From IMG/VR virus record IMGVR_UViG_3300045988_063005, positions 1 through 34,866 of that record: a stretch of 34,866 nucleotides of DNA; one strand, written 5' to 3'. Shown one piece after another: positions 7,465-16,049 of this stretch (its first letter is position 1; the number at the start of each line of letters is the position of its first letter). The stretch is from a virus. The notes under the pieces are model-generated. The model had not been told where the DNA came from. It made no database searches and worked only from the letters and a program-made list of their open reading frames with translations. The translations under genes and the position numbers were made by a program.

Positions 7465-8651
7465 TGGAAGAAAAAGTGATAGACCACACAAGTAGGGAAC
7501 ACGCCCTACTTTCCCCGAGTAGTTCACACCGTTGGCTGGTTTGTACACCAAGTGCACGCCTGGAAGATAAGTACGGCGAGGCAAACGGAAGCAGTAGAGC
7601 GTCCGAAGAGGGTACAGTAGCGCACGAGCTGGCAGAAGCCATTCTACAACAGTATCTAAAGGGTGATTTTATGCTATTCATTGACGAGCCTGTAATACCC
7701 AAAGAGATAGCAGAAAGCGAATATTATAGCACCGAGATGCTTAACTATGTACTGGAATACGTTCTTATGTGTGTTAACATCTACGAAAGCTATGAAAAGG
7801 CCGAAATGATTATAGAGGGCAAATTTGATTTAGCAATGTACGCTAAAGAATGTTTCGGTAGTTGCGATTGCGCTATAATAGCAGAAGAAGAGGTGCACAT
7901 CGTAGACCTTAAGTATGGCAAGGGCGTACAGGTTGAGGCCGAGAACAACCCGCAGTTGAAAATGTATGCACTTGGTGCTATCCGTTCATTGCCGCCCGAT
8001 ACACAGTCTAAAATTAAAACAGTGCACATGTCTATCGGGCAGGTACGATTAGGTCACATGCCAACGTTTACCATGTCACATGCTGATTTAACGCACTGGG
8101 CTATTCACGAGTTAAGGCCAAAAGCTACTTTAGCGTTCGCAGGCGAGGGAAAGACCGTAGCAGGCGAGCACTGTAAATTCTGTAAATTCAAGGCACAATG
8201 CAGGGCACAAAAGGACGCGCTATTAGCCGAGTTCGATAACCACGAGGATGCCAACAAACTAACGAATGACGAGATAGGCGACATACTTAACAAGTCGGAT
8301 ATGTTCATCTCTTGGCTCGAGGCGGTAAAAATGCACGCACTAAGTGCAATTAATAAGGGTGAGGCGGTAAAAGGCTGGAAACTCGTAGAGGGAAGAAGTG
8401 TACGCGTAATATCCGACCCCGATAAGGCCGTAGAGACGCTTTCGAACGCCTTGAACGTTGAACCCGATACATTCTATAACAAAAAGATTAAGGGCATAGG
8501 CGACCTTGAAAAGATTGTTGGTAAAAAGCGGTTGGCATTATTGCTTGACGGCAATATAGTGAAGCCCGCAGGAGCGCCCACACTTGCAAAGGAAAGCGAT
8601 AAAAGGGCGGCAATCAGTTCAGCCCTTGATGATTTCGAGGAAACTTCATAA
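7464..8651 (+). CDS. PD-(D/E)XK exonuclease, Cas4/RecB-like (DUF2800-like)
   Basis: N-terminal LLSPSSSHRWLVCTPS. Core CDCAII...VHIVDLKYGKG...NPQLKMYALG. C-terminal CKFCKFKAQC, which with the N-terminal Cys gives the Cas4-type Fe-S Cys set. Confidence 0.85.
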   Translation: MEEKVIDHTSREHALLSPSSSHRWLVCTPSARLEDKYGEANGSSRASEEGTVAHELAEAILQQYLKGDFMLFIDEPVIPKEIAESEYYSTEMLNYVLEYVLMCVNIYESYEKAEMIIEGKFDLAMYAKECFGSCDCAIIAEEEVHIVDLKYGKGVQVEAENNPQLKMYALGAIRSLPPDTQSKIKTVHMSIGQVRLGHMPTFTMSHADLTHWAIHELRPKATLAFAGEGKTVAGEHCKFCKFKAQCRAQKDALLAEFDNHEDANKLTNDEIGDILNKSDMFISWLEAVKMHALSAINKGEAVKGWKLVEGRSVRVISDPDKAVETLSNALNVEPDTFYNKKIKGIGDLEKIVGKKRLALLLDGNIVKPAGAPTLAKESDKRAAISSALDDFEETS

Positions 8652-8656
8652 AGAAT

Positions 8657-8698
8657 ATTAACGAATGAACCAACGTATTAGATAAAGCGTTATATTTG
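8657..8698 (+). promoter_or_regulatory. Early promoter, class 1 (aTTAAC-N28-TATATTTG, 26-nt leader to ATG)
   Basis: Counted spacing: TTAAC ends at 8662, N28 is 8663-8690, box is 8691-8698, ATG at 8725. Confidence 0.7.
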
Positions 8699-8724
8699 CA
8701 TCAACGAATTAAAAACAAAGAATT

Positions 8725-8997
8725 ATGAAAACTAACAAAGGTATTTTATCGGACGAAGAATTGAAAGAACGTGCAGGTTTTTGGAACAAAAAACAGTTCC
8801 GCACATGGACTAAAAAGGAAATGAACCGCGATGCAGCGAAAATGCAAAAGATATTGGCGGCTATCAAGGACTTAACATTAGAAGAAATCTATGCAGAGCG
8901 AAAGAAGTACCGAGGCTCTTTGCGCTGTGCACCCCTGAAAGATATAGAATACGCTATTTCGATAGCCCCAAAAACTTTTAGAGTTAAACAAGGTTAA
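8725..8997 (+). CDS. Hypothetical basic protein
   Basis: ORF behind a class 1 promoter/leader. Its stop TAA lies inside the next GTTAAC box. Confidence 0.6.
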   Translation: MKTNKGILSDEELKERAGFWNKKQFRTWTKKEMNRDAAKMQKILAAIKDLTLEEIYAERKKYRGSLRCAPLKDIEYAISIAPKTFRVKQG

Positions 8998-9034
8998 CAG
9001 AATGAACAACCTACCGATTTAATTGTTATATTTG
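8993..9034 (+). promoter_or_regulatory. Early promoter, class 1 (GTTAAC-N28-TATATTTG)
   Basis: GTTAAC 8993-8998, box 9027-9034, ATG 9061 (26-nt leader). Confidence 0.7.
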
Positions 9035-9060
9035 CATCGCCTAATTAAAAACATAGAATT

Positions 9061-9282
9061 ATGAAAAAAGAGTATTTTAGCTTAGTAGAAATGGTAGACC
9101 GCGAGAACGGAGAACAATTTGATTTCACATTGGAAATCGGGCTGGAAGAAATAGAAATGCGCTTTATCTCCGTATCGGAGTTCCTTAATGATGTTATTTA
9201 TTTGCTACTGAACTACGATACGGATAAGTACATATTAATATTGGAAGATGATGCAAAAAGGATAATGGTAGAGGTTGAATAA
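9061..9282 (+). CDS. Small highly acidic protein, function unknown
   Basis: 73 aa. By my count 19 D/E versus 7 K/R. Has its own promoter. Confidence 0.6.
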   Translation: MKKEYFSLVEMVDRENGEQFDFTLEIGLEEIEMRFISVSEFLNDVIYLLLNYDTDKYILILEDDAKRIMVEVE

Positions 9283-9290
9283 TAAAAGAT

Positions 9291-9332
9291 GTTAATCAAA
9301 TGAACAAAATCAAGTTTCATTTGTTATTTATA
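9291..9332 (+). promoter_or_regulatory. Class 1-like promoter with degenerate box (GTTAAT-N28-TATTTATA)
   Basis: Same N28 spacing and the aatgaacaa core, but the -7 box lacks TTTG. Longer 56-nt leader to ATG 9389. Confidence 0.4.
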
Positions 9333-9388
9333 GAACAAAAACGGAAAGTCTGAACCGATTAGAGGACAAAAAGAAAAACAAAGTTATT

Positions 9389-9931
9389 ATGAAAGCAATG
9401 GTTAAAAACGTGAGATTAAGCTATGTACGTGTATTTGAAGCAGCCCAAGTGAATGGAGTAGGTGAGGCAAATTACAGTGTATGTCTACTCATCCCGAAAG
9501 GCAGCCCTGAAGCGGCAAAACTGAAACAAGAAATTCAAGCAGTAGCCGAGGAAATGAAAACGAAGTTCCCAAAACTTAAGGGTCAGATGCCGAAGATGTG
9601 GGGCAACCCGCTAAGAGACGGTGACGAAGAAAAAGACGGTGCCGAATACCAAGGTATGTACTTTATCAACGCAAAGCGCAAAGAGAAACATGGCGCACCG
9701 CTCGTTATCAACGGAGCAAAGCAGTACATCACCGAAAAAGAAGAACTGTACAGCGGTTGTTATGGTAATGTCTCTATCTCGTTGTTCCCTTATGAGTTCA
9801 CAGGTAAATACGGTGTAGGTGTAGGACTTAATGCCATTCAAAAGACAAAAGACGGCGAGCGCTTGGACGGCGGTGCATCTATTGACGACTTCGATTTCGA
9901 AGATGATTCGGACATGAACCTATTTAACTAA
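9389..9931 (+). CDS. Single-stranded DNA-binding protein, DUF2815-like
   Basis: VRLSYVRVFEA...YSVCLLIPKG resembles the DUF2815 N-terminus. Acidic C-terminal tail DDFDFEDDSDMNLFN is typical of SSB tails. Confidence 0.75.
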   Translation: MKAMVKNVRLSYVRVFEAAQVNGVGEANYSVCLLIPKGSPEAAKLKQEIQAVAEEMKTKFPKLKGQMPKMWGNPLRDGDEEKDGAEYQGMYFINAKRKEKHGAPLVINGAKQYITEKEELYSGCYGNVSISLFPYEFTGKYGVGVGLNAIQKTKDGERLDGGASIDDFDFEDDSDMNLFN

Positions 9932-9950
9932 TCAGCAAAAAAAAGTATTA

Positions 9951-11105
9951 ATGAGTAATAACAGACGGGGCGTAAAAACCCCGTCACAAAGTAAAAAAAT
10001 GGGAAAATCAGATAGCTACATTAACGAAAAAGGTGTTAGAATTTCAAAGGCAACAGGAAAGCCCGTAAAGAGGTACACAAAACGAAATAAAGAATACTGG
10101 GCTGCGCGAATGGGCGGAACGTTTATTGTTCAGAACGCGCAGCAACCAACCGTAGAGGCGAACCCCTTAATAGAGGAACTTCAAAGCCTGTACAGTGATG
10201 AAGAAATACAGGGAATTATTGGCCTAAAGAAAGACAGCGCACCCGTAGAACTCGTTGAGATACCGAACAAGAAGAAAAGCGAACTGGACGAGGGAAACAC
10301 AGGGTTTTTAATTGCATCTGATTGGCACGCTGATGAGGTTGTTAAGGCTTCCACTGTATTAGGTAAGAACGAGTACAACAAGGATATTGCCGAACAGCGT
10401 ATAAAAAACTTCTTCGCGAATGCTGTCTACATGATTAAGAAGAAACCCGTAGATAATTTGGTAGTCGGCTTGATTGGCGATATGATTGGCGGATACATTC
10501 ATGACGAGCTGGCACAGACAAACAGCATGTCGCCAATGCAGGGTGTTAGTTTCGTTAAATCCTTGATTATTTCAGGCTTGAAAAAGATACATGACGAGCT
10601 GCCCGATTTGCAACAAATCACTATCGTAGGTATATGCGGTAATCATTCGCGTACAACTCGGAAGATGCAGTTTAGCAACGGCTTCGCAATGAACCATGAA
10701 TATTTCATGTATAAGGATATTGAACAGACCTTAACTCTTATGGGGCTAACTAAGTTTAAATTCGTTATTCCTGAAAGTGAGTTCGCCTATTTAGATGTCT
10801 ACGGAAAGAAAATTTTGTTCTGTCATGGGCACCAGTTTAGGAGTGCGGGCGGTATCGGAGGTATATACCCGAGTATGTTTAAGTGGTATGCAAAAATGAA
10901 CCAAACCATACAGATAGACAAGGCGTTTATAGGCCATTACCACGCATCTATCTATACTAAAGAGGTCTGTGTAAACGGCTCGTTAAAAGGCTATGACGCA
11001 TTCGCAATGGGCAAGGGACTGGCCTATGAAGTGCCCCAACAGACATACGTAATTTTGAATGAGAAGCGCGGGTTTATTTTCTACTCACCCGTTTTCGCTG
11101 ACTAA
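9951..11105 (+). CDS. Calcineurin-like metallophosphoesterase (putative nuclease/phosphatase)
   Basis: Ordered motifs SDWHAD, GDMIGG, GNHSR, CHGHQF and GHYH match the DxH / GD / GNH / H / GH.H set. Confidence 0.75.
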   Translation: MSNNRRGVKTPSQSKKMGKSDSYINEKGVRISKATGKPVKRYTKRNKEYWAARMGGTFIVQNAQQPTVEANPLIEELQSLYSDEEIQGIIGLKKDSAPVELVEIPNKKKSELDEGNTGFLIASDWHADEVVKASTVLGKNEYNKDIAEQRIKNFFANAVYMIKKKPVDNLVVGLIGDMIGGYIHDELAQTNSMSPMQGVSFVKSLIISGLKKIHDELPDLQQITIVGICGNHSRTTRKMQFSNGFAMNHEYFMYKDIEQTLTLMGLTKFKFVIPESEFAYLDVYGKKILFCHGHQFRSAGGIGGIYPSMFKWYAKMNQTIQIDKAFIGHYHASIYTKEVCVNGSLKGYDAFAMGKGLAYEVPQQTYVILNEKRGFIFYSPVFAD

Positions 11106-11115
11106 CTAATAGACC

Positions 11116-11157
11116 CCCCTTATTTGTTAACAATATACAAATAAGGGGCTTTTCTTT
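11116..11157 (+). terminator. Rho-independent terminator
   Basis: Perfect 12-bp stem ccccttatttgt / acaaataagggg, 9-nt loop, then cttttctttg. Confidence 0.85.
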
Positions 11158-11178
11158 GTTTATCTCAAACCTTTACCC

Positions 11179-11186
11179 TATCTTTG
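11179..11186 (+). promoter_or_regulatory. TAnnTTTG -7 box (TATCTTTG) upstream of the polymerase gene
   Basis: Follows the terminator. 39-nt A/T-rich leader to ATG 11226. Confidence 0.55.
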
Positions 11187-11225
11187 TCGTTATAATTATT
11201 AGAAACCAATAAAAACTATATAAGT

Positions 11226-13241
11226 ATGAAACATTTATTTATCGACTTCGAAACATATTCGGATGTAGACATTAAGAGTAGCGGAAATTACAAGTATTCT
11301 GAGAGTGACAATTTCGAAATAATGTTGTGTGGCTACATGTGGGATACCGACACAAGGGTATCACTCATCGACCTAACCAAAGCTGACGGGTATGGTGAGT
11401 TTATGAAGCTGTTCCGAGAAGTAGCCGAGGACGAGGATACTACGATAGTCGCCCACAATGCCACGTTTGAGCGCGTCTGCTTAATGAACTACGGAATAAA
11501 CATAAGTCCTATGCGCTTCTTCTGTACCGCCAATATGGCGCTCTATTGTGGCCTACCCGCTTCACTTGACGCGGTATCTCAGATACTAAACCTTTCCGAT
11601 AAGAAGTTAGGTACGGGTAAAGCATTGATACGATTTTTCTCTGTTCCATGCAAGCCGACAAAGACGAACGGCATGCAGACCCGCAATCGTTCAGTAGACT
11701 ACCCCGAGAAATGGGAAGAGTTTAAAACTTACTTAGAATATGATGTTCTGTCGGAAAAGGAGATATTTGCAAAACTATCGGTTTTTGAGTTCCCACAGAG
11801 CGAGCAACTTATATATGCAGCCGACCAACGTATAAACGACTACGGCATATTAGCCGATGTCAAGTTTGCAGAACAAGCCGCGCTACTGGATGCGCAGCAC
11901 AAAGAAAAATTAGAGAATGAAGCACTAACCAAGTACGGGATAACATCCCTTAAATCAATGCCACAACTTAAGGACTTTATATTTGATAACACAGGCGTTG
12001 AAGTTACCACTTTGATAAAGGCAGAATTGCCTAATGTAGTCGCTAAAATAAAAGCGTCAACTATGCCCGAGGAAAAGAAGCAAGCGGCTTTAGACGTACT
12101 TTCCATGCGCGTAGAGGTCGGTAAAACTTCGAATGCTAAATATACCGCGATACTTAATTGCGTTGGAAAGGGAAACCGAATACGCGGCCTATTCCGTTAT
12201 TACGGTGCGTCTCGTACTGGCCGTTGGGCTGGTCGCTTGGTACAGTTGCAGAACCTACCGCAAAACCATTTAGAAGACCTTGATAGCCCGCGGGAACTCG
12301 TTAAGCGCGGTGAGTTCGAAGCTATGGGCCTGTTTTACGAGAAGCCGACACATGTTATATCGCAGCTTATACGCACCGCCTTTATTGCGCCTGAGGGCTA
12401 TACGTATTCCGTAGCTGACTTTTCCGCGATTGAAGCGCGTGTAATCGCGTGGGTTGCTAATGAGAAATGGCGGTTAGAATTGTTCAAGGACCCGCACAGC
12501 GATATATATTGCGCGTCAGCCTCTAAAATGTTCGGCGTGCCTGTTCATAAAGGGGATGAATTAAGACAGCGCGGAAAGGTTGCCGAACTCGCACTTGGAT
12601 ACGGTGGCGGTATTAACGCACTCACCACAATGGACACTAAGAAAGCGTTAAAAGAAGAAGAAAAACCCGAAATTTTGTATAAATGGAGAGAAGCTAATAA
12701 AAAAATCGTATCTTTGTGGAAGTCTTTAGAAAACGCTGCAAAAACTTGCATAGGTACACGTAGACCAGTAGTCTACACAATAACAGAAAAGGCGCAAATT
12801 GTTTTTAATTATGAATTTGGTGCAATGACTGTTAAATTACCAAGCGGCCGAAAACTTTTCTACCCGTCCGCGCGTTTATCAAGAAGAACCATAACAACGG
12901 CATCCGATTCATTCGAGGTGCAGGATATTAGTTATAAGGGACAAAACCAAATTACGGGGAAGTGGGAAACACTCCACACGTATGGCGGTAAACTAACGGA
13001 GAACATTGTACAAGCTATTAGCCGCGATTTGCTGGCGCAGGCGATATTCAATGTTTTTGATATGGGTTATAATATCGTGTTGCATGTGCATGATGAGATA
13101 GCCGCCGAGATACCGAAAGACGGTAACGAGGAAAACGTACTGAATGATATGTGCGTAGCAATGGCACAAGCGCCCGATTGGGCCGGGGGTATTGCGCTAC
13201 GTGCCGCAGGATATTTAACTGATTATTACAAAAAGGATTAG
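11226..13241 (+). CDS. polA: Family A DNA polymerase with N-terminal 3'-5' exonuclease
   Basis: Exo motifs FIDFETYS, HNATFERVCL and YLEYDVL. Pol motif A DFSAIEARV, motif B RQRGKVAELALGYGGG, motif C VHDEI. Confidence 0.92.
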   Translation: MKHLFIDFETYSDVDIKSSGNYKYSESDNFEIMLCGYMWDTDTRVSLIDLTKADGYGEFMKLFREVAEDEDTTIVAHNATFERVCLMNYGINISPMRFFCTANMALYCGLPASLDAVSQILNLSDKKLGTGKALIRFFSVPCKPTKTNGMQTRNRSVDYPEKWEEFKTYLEYDVLSEKEIFAKLSVFEFPQSEQLIYAADQRINDYGILADVKFAEQAALLDAQHKEKLENEALTKYGITSLKSMPQLKDFIFDNTGVEVTTLIKAELPNVVAKIKASTMPEEKKQAALDVLSMRVEVGKTSNAKYTAILNCVGKGNRIRGLFRYYGASRTGRWAGRLVQLQNLPQNHLEDLDSPRELVKRGEFEAMGLFYEKPTHVISQLIRTAFIAPEGYTYSVADFSAIEARVIAWVANEKWRLELFKDPHSDIYCASASKMFGVPVHKGDELRQRGKVAELALGYGGGINALTTMDTKKALKEEEKPEILYKWREANKKIVSLWKSLENAAKTCIGTRRPVVYTITEKAQIVFNYEFGAMTVKLPSGRKLFYPSARLSRRTITTASDSFEVQDISYKGQNQITGKWETLHTYGGKLTENIVQAISRDLLAQAIFNVFDMGYNIVLHVHDEIAAEIPKDGNEENVLNDMCVAMAQAPDWAGGIALRAAGYLTDYYKKD

Positions 13242-13246
13242 GAAAA

Positions 13247-15706
13247 ATGGAGATTAGAGATTTAAAAATTAACATTGCAACCGCGGCGAGCGCGGTGTCA
13301 ACGTCTTGGAAAAACAAGGTGTTAACATGGGGCGAGTTCGTAGTTCTCATGTCAAGCGCACGCGTTACGAATGAGACGTACCGCGAGTTTATGTCTATGC
13401 CCAAATCGGAGCAGGGACGAGTAAAGGACGTCGGCGCATTCGTTGGCGGCGAGTTGCTGGGAAGTAAAAGAACCAAAGCGAGCATAGGCGACCGTAGTAT
13501 CGTGGCACTTGACATCGATTTTGGAGAAAAAGACTTCGCAGAACAGTTTGCAGCTGTTATGCAGTGTGCGTTCTTCATTCATGGAACGCACAAGCACAAT
13601 GCCGATAAGGGTGTGTACCGCTATCGTATCCTTATGCCAACAAGCCGCCCGCTTGATAGCGAGGAATACGAGGCAGTTGCTCGAAAGGTTGCCGAGCTAA
13701 CAGGCATGGACTTGTACGACCGCACAACATTCCAGCCCGAACGGTGTATGTTCTATCCGTCCGTATCCAGTGATATGGCGTACTACTTTGAGGACTACAC
13801 CGACAAGTACCCGAACGTGTTAGATGTAGACAGAATACTCGACATGTACGAGGACTGGAGCGATACGACCGAGTGGGCATACCACAAGGACGAAAAGGGC
13901 GAAGCACGCAATCTTGCAAAGGAGCAACAAAGCCCGCTCCTTAAGGTCGGCTCAGTCGGTGACTTCTGTCGCGCCTACACGATTACGGAGGCTATCGAAC
14001 GATACCTACCCGAGATATACCTACCAACGGATAAAGAGGGCCGCTGGACTTATACAGGCGGCTCGACTTCGGGCGGTATGATTGTCTATGATGATTTGTT
14101 TGCGTATTCACATCATAGTACAGACCCGATACAGGGAAGCCACGTATATAACGCCTACGACCTTGTGCGTATCCACTTGTTTGGTAAGTTGGATAAGCGT
14201 ACGGGTAGCAAGGTTTCTGTTACGGAAATGAATAAGCTCGTTTATCAAGACGAGAAAGTCAAAGCTATGTTAGCGAAGAAGAACGGAGAAGAAGCCGCAG
14301 AAACACTCGCGGAGTTTTCAGTTCTAAAGGTTGATGATGTCGAAGTGCTGGACGTGGAAGAAGTTACGAGCGGAGCAAAGAGATTAACCGCGGACGAAAT
14401 AGCCGAACAGATAGCCGAGGTATCCGCCAAATTAGAGGACGACGGCAAGGGGGGCCTGCAAAACTCGTCTAAAAACATCTCTATTATTCTACGTAGCGAC
14501 CCAATGATAGGGAAGTTAATAGCGCGCGACTTGTTTAAGGATAGACGCGTAGTAAGCCGCCCACCACACTGGAGACTGAAAGATACTTCTTTAGACTTTC
14601 AAGATGTAGATTTTGCAGGCATACGTAAACATATAGAGGACATTTACGGCATATCCAGCGTGCAGAAAATAGATGATGCTATCGCACTGGAAGCAGAGCA
14701 TAACGCGTTTCATCCGATACAGGACTACCTTAACGGGCTAAGCTGGGACGGGATACCGCGCGTTGAAAATCTGCTAATAGATTACATGGGTGCAGAGAAC
14801 TGCCAATATAGTAGAGAAGCGATACGGGTTATGCTGGTCGGTGCAGTTAAGCGCGTGTTTGAAAAGGGTTGCAAGTTCGATACTATGTTAGTAATGAAGT
14901 CGGAACAGGGTGCGGGCAAATCTACTCTTATCCGTAGGCTTGGCAAGAACTGGTTTAGTGACAGCTTAACCTCTATGGACGGTAAGGATGCGTTCGAACA
15001 GTTACAGGGTAATTGGTTGATAGAGGTTGCGGAGTTGTCAGCTATGCGTAAATCAGAGGTTGAGAGCATTAAGAACTTTATTTCGAAAACAGAGGATAGC
15101 TTTAGGCCCGCATACGGTCGCGTCACTAAAAATTTCCCCCGCCAGTGCGTGTTCTTCGGAACAACGAACAAGGATGATTTTTTAAAGGACGCAACGGGCA
15201 ACAGACGCTTTATCCCTGTCGAAGTTAAAGCCAACGACAACACACATTTCTTGTTTGAACCCGCATTCGAGGAATATGTCGACATGATTTGGGCCGAGGC
15301 GGTTTCTATGTATAGACGCGGTGTCAGCACATTACTATCTAAGGAATGCGAGGCGGTAGCCGAAGAACGTAGAGAGGCACACTTAGAACGTAGCTCATGG
15401 GCAGGCGAGGTTGAAAAGTACCTTAGTATGCGCGTGCCCGCTGATTGGGACACCATGCAGAGAGACGAACGCGTAATGTACGCTAATAACTATGACGAGA
15501 GCCTAACACCAGCGGATAACAAGCCAATGCAAACCGCGTGTGTGCGTGGTATCATTACAGAGGTCTGCGGAGCGTCACCGACCGACAAACGGATAGTATA
15601 TGAGATTAAAGAGCTTATGTTGAGTGTTCGCGGCTGGGTAATGTCAGACCGTAAAGAAAGTACAACGGCATACGGTTTTCAGCCCACATACGTTAGGGTA
15701 AGTTAA
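13247..15706 (+). CDS. Primase-polymerase (AEP) fused to VirE/D5-like P-loop helicase
   Basis: N-terminal IVALDIDFGE (DxD) and GTHKHN...YRYRILMP. C-terminal VirE-like region with Walker A SEQGAGKST and FFGTTNKDDFLKDATGNRRFIPVEV. Confidence 0.88.
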   Translation: MEIRDLKINIATAASAVSTSWKNKVLTWGEFVVLMSSARVTNETYREFMSMPKSEQGRVKDVGAFVGGELLGSKRTKASIGDRSIVALDIDFGEKDFAEQFAAVMQCAFFIHGTHKHNADKGVYRYRILMPTSRPLDSEEYEAVARKVAELTGMDLYDRTTFQPERCMFYPSVSSDMAYYFEDYTDKYPNVLDVDRILDMYEDWSDTTEWAYHKDEKGEARNLAKEQQSPLLKVGSVGDFCRAYTITEAIERYLPEIYLPTDKEGRWTYTGGSTSGGMIVYDDLFAYSHHSTDPIQGSHVYNAYDLVRIHLFGKLDKRTGSKVSVTEMNKLVYQDEKVKAMLAKKNGEEAAETLAEFSVLKVDDVEVLDVEEVTSGAKRLTADEIAEQIAEVSAKLEDDGKGGLQNSSKNISIILRSDPMIGKLIARDLFKDRRVVSRPPHWRLKDTSLDFQDVDFAGIRKHIEDIYGISSVQKIDDAIALEAEHNAFHPIQDYLNGLSWDGIPRVENLLIDYMGAENCQYSREAIRVMLVGAVKRVFEKGCKFDTMLVMKSEQGAGKSTLIRRLGKNWFSDSLTSMDGKDAFEQLQGNWLIEVAELSAMRKSEVESIKNFISKTEDSFRPAYGRVTKNFPRQCVFFGTTNKDDFLKDATGNRRFIPVEVKANDNTHFLFEPAFEEYVDMIWAEAVSMYRRGVSTLLSKECEAVAEERREAHLERSSWAGEVEKYLSMRVPADWDTMQRDERVMYANNYDESLTPADNKPMQTACVRGIITEVCGASPTDKRIVYEIKELMLSVRGWVMSDRKESTTAYGFQPTYVRVS

Positions 15707-15741
15707 TTTGCAGACTAATTACGGCTTTATTCATAAAGGAT

Positions 15742-15783
15742 GTTAACGATATATACAACCTATTGGATAAAGCCGTATATTTG
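15742..15783 (+). promoter_or_regulatory. Early promoter, class 1 (GTTAAC-N28-TATATTTG) with no ORF behind it
   Basis: Exact consensus and spacing. The position 26 nt downstream, where other copies have ATG, has none. Confidence 0.65.
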
Positions 15784-15789
15784 TAGTGT

Positions 15790-16012
15790 TGAAAGGAACT
15801 AAAGACCCCACCAGCGTACTAAAATGCAAAAGGCTGGTTGAAAGATTAAATTCGTAAGACGAGAAAATAAGCAAACGTATCTCGAAAGGGTTAAATGAAA
15901 GTTCGGTAACCGATTAAATGAAGCTATAAAGCTTAAATCTTTAGAAACCTTACAACAAACAAAAAGAAAGTTAATAAGGCAATCAACGGTGAACCTTTCA
16001 AAGCGTCCGTTG
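15790..16012 (+). ncRNA. Candidate phage small RNA / long structured leader (hypothetical)
   Basis: About 190 nt between the consensus promoter and the GTTAATAAGG-hairpin. Only 3-5 codon ATG ORFs. Several local hairpins (ccagc..gctgg, cgaga..tctcg, aagct..agctt, ggtta..taacc). Confidence 0.3.
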
Positions 16013-16030
16013 TTTATTAAGTATAACAAC
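15971..16030 (+). promoter_or_regulatory. GTTAATAAGG-hairpin plus class 2 cassette (copy 1 of a ~75-bp repeat, partner 20662..20721)
   Basis: Stem caacgg (15984-89) / ccgttg (16007-12), 17-nt loop tgaacctttcaaagcgt, then GTTTATTAAGTATAACAAC. Confidence 0.55.
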
Positions 16031-16049
16031 AAATTAAAAACAAATGATT

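Noticed and set aside
13048-15456. Minus-strand ORFs inside the polymerase and primase genes (13048..13578, 13352..13597, 13632..13919, 14245..14478, 14782..15456)
   Set aside because: The + strand frames carry unambiguous PolA and PrimPol/VirE motifs across these intervals. The antisense frames show no motifs, and every supported gene in the genome is on the + strand.
15799-16032. 77-aa minus-strand ORF, the only long ORF in the 15.78-16.04 kb gap
   Set aside because: It runs against the universal gene polarity. It has no TAnnTTTG box or A-rich leader on its strand and reads through the conserved hairpin/cassette element. It has an odd Leu/Phe/Cys-rich composition. I prefer the promoter-driven noncoding transcript interpretation, though this is not proven.
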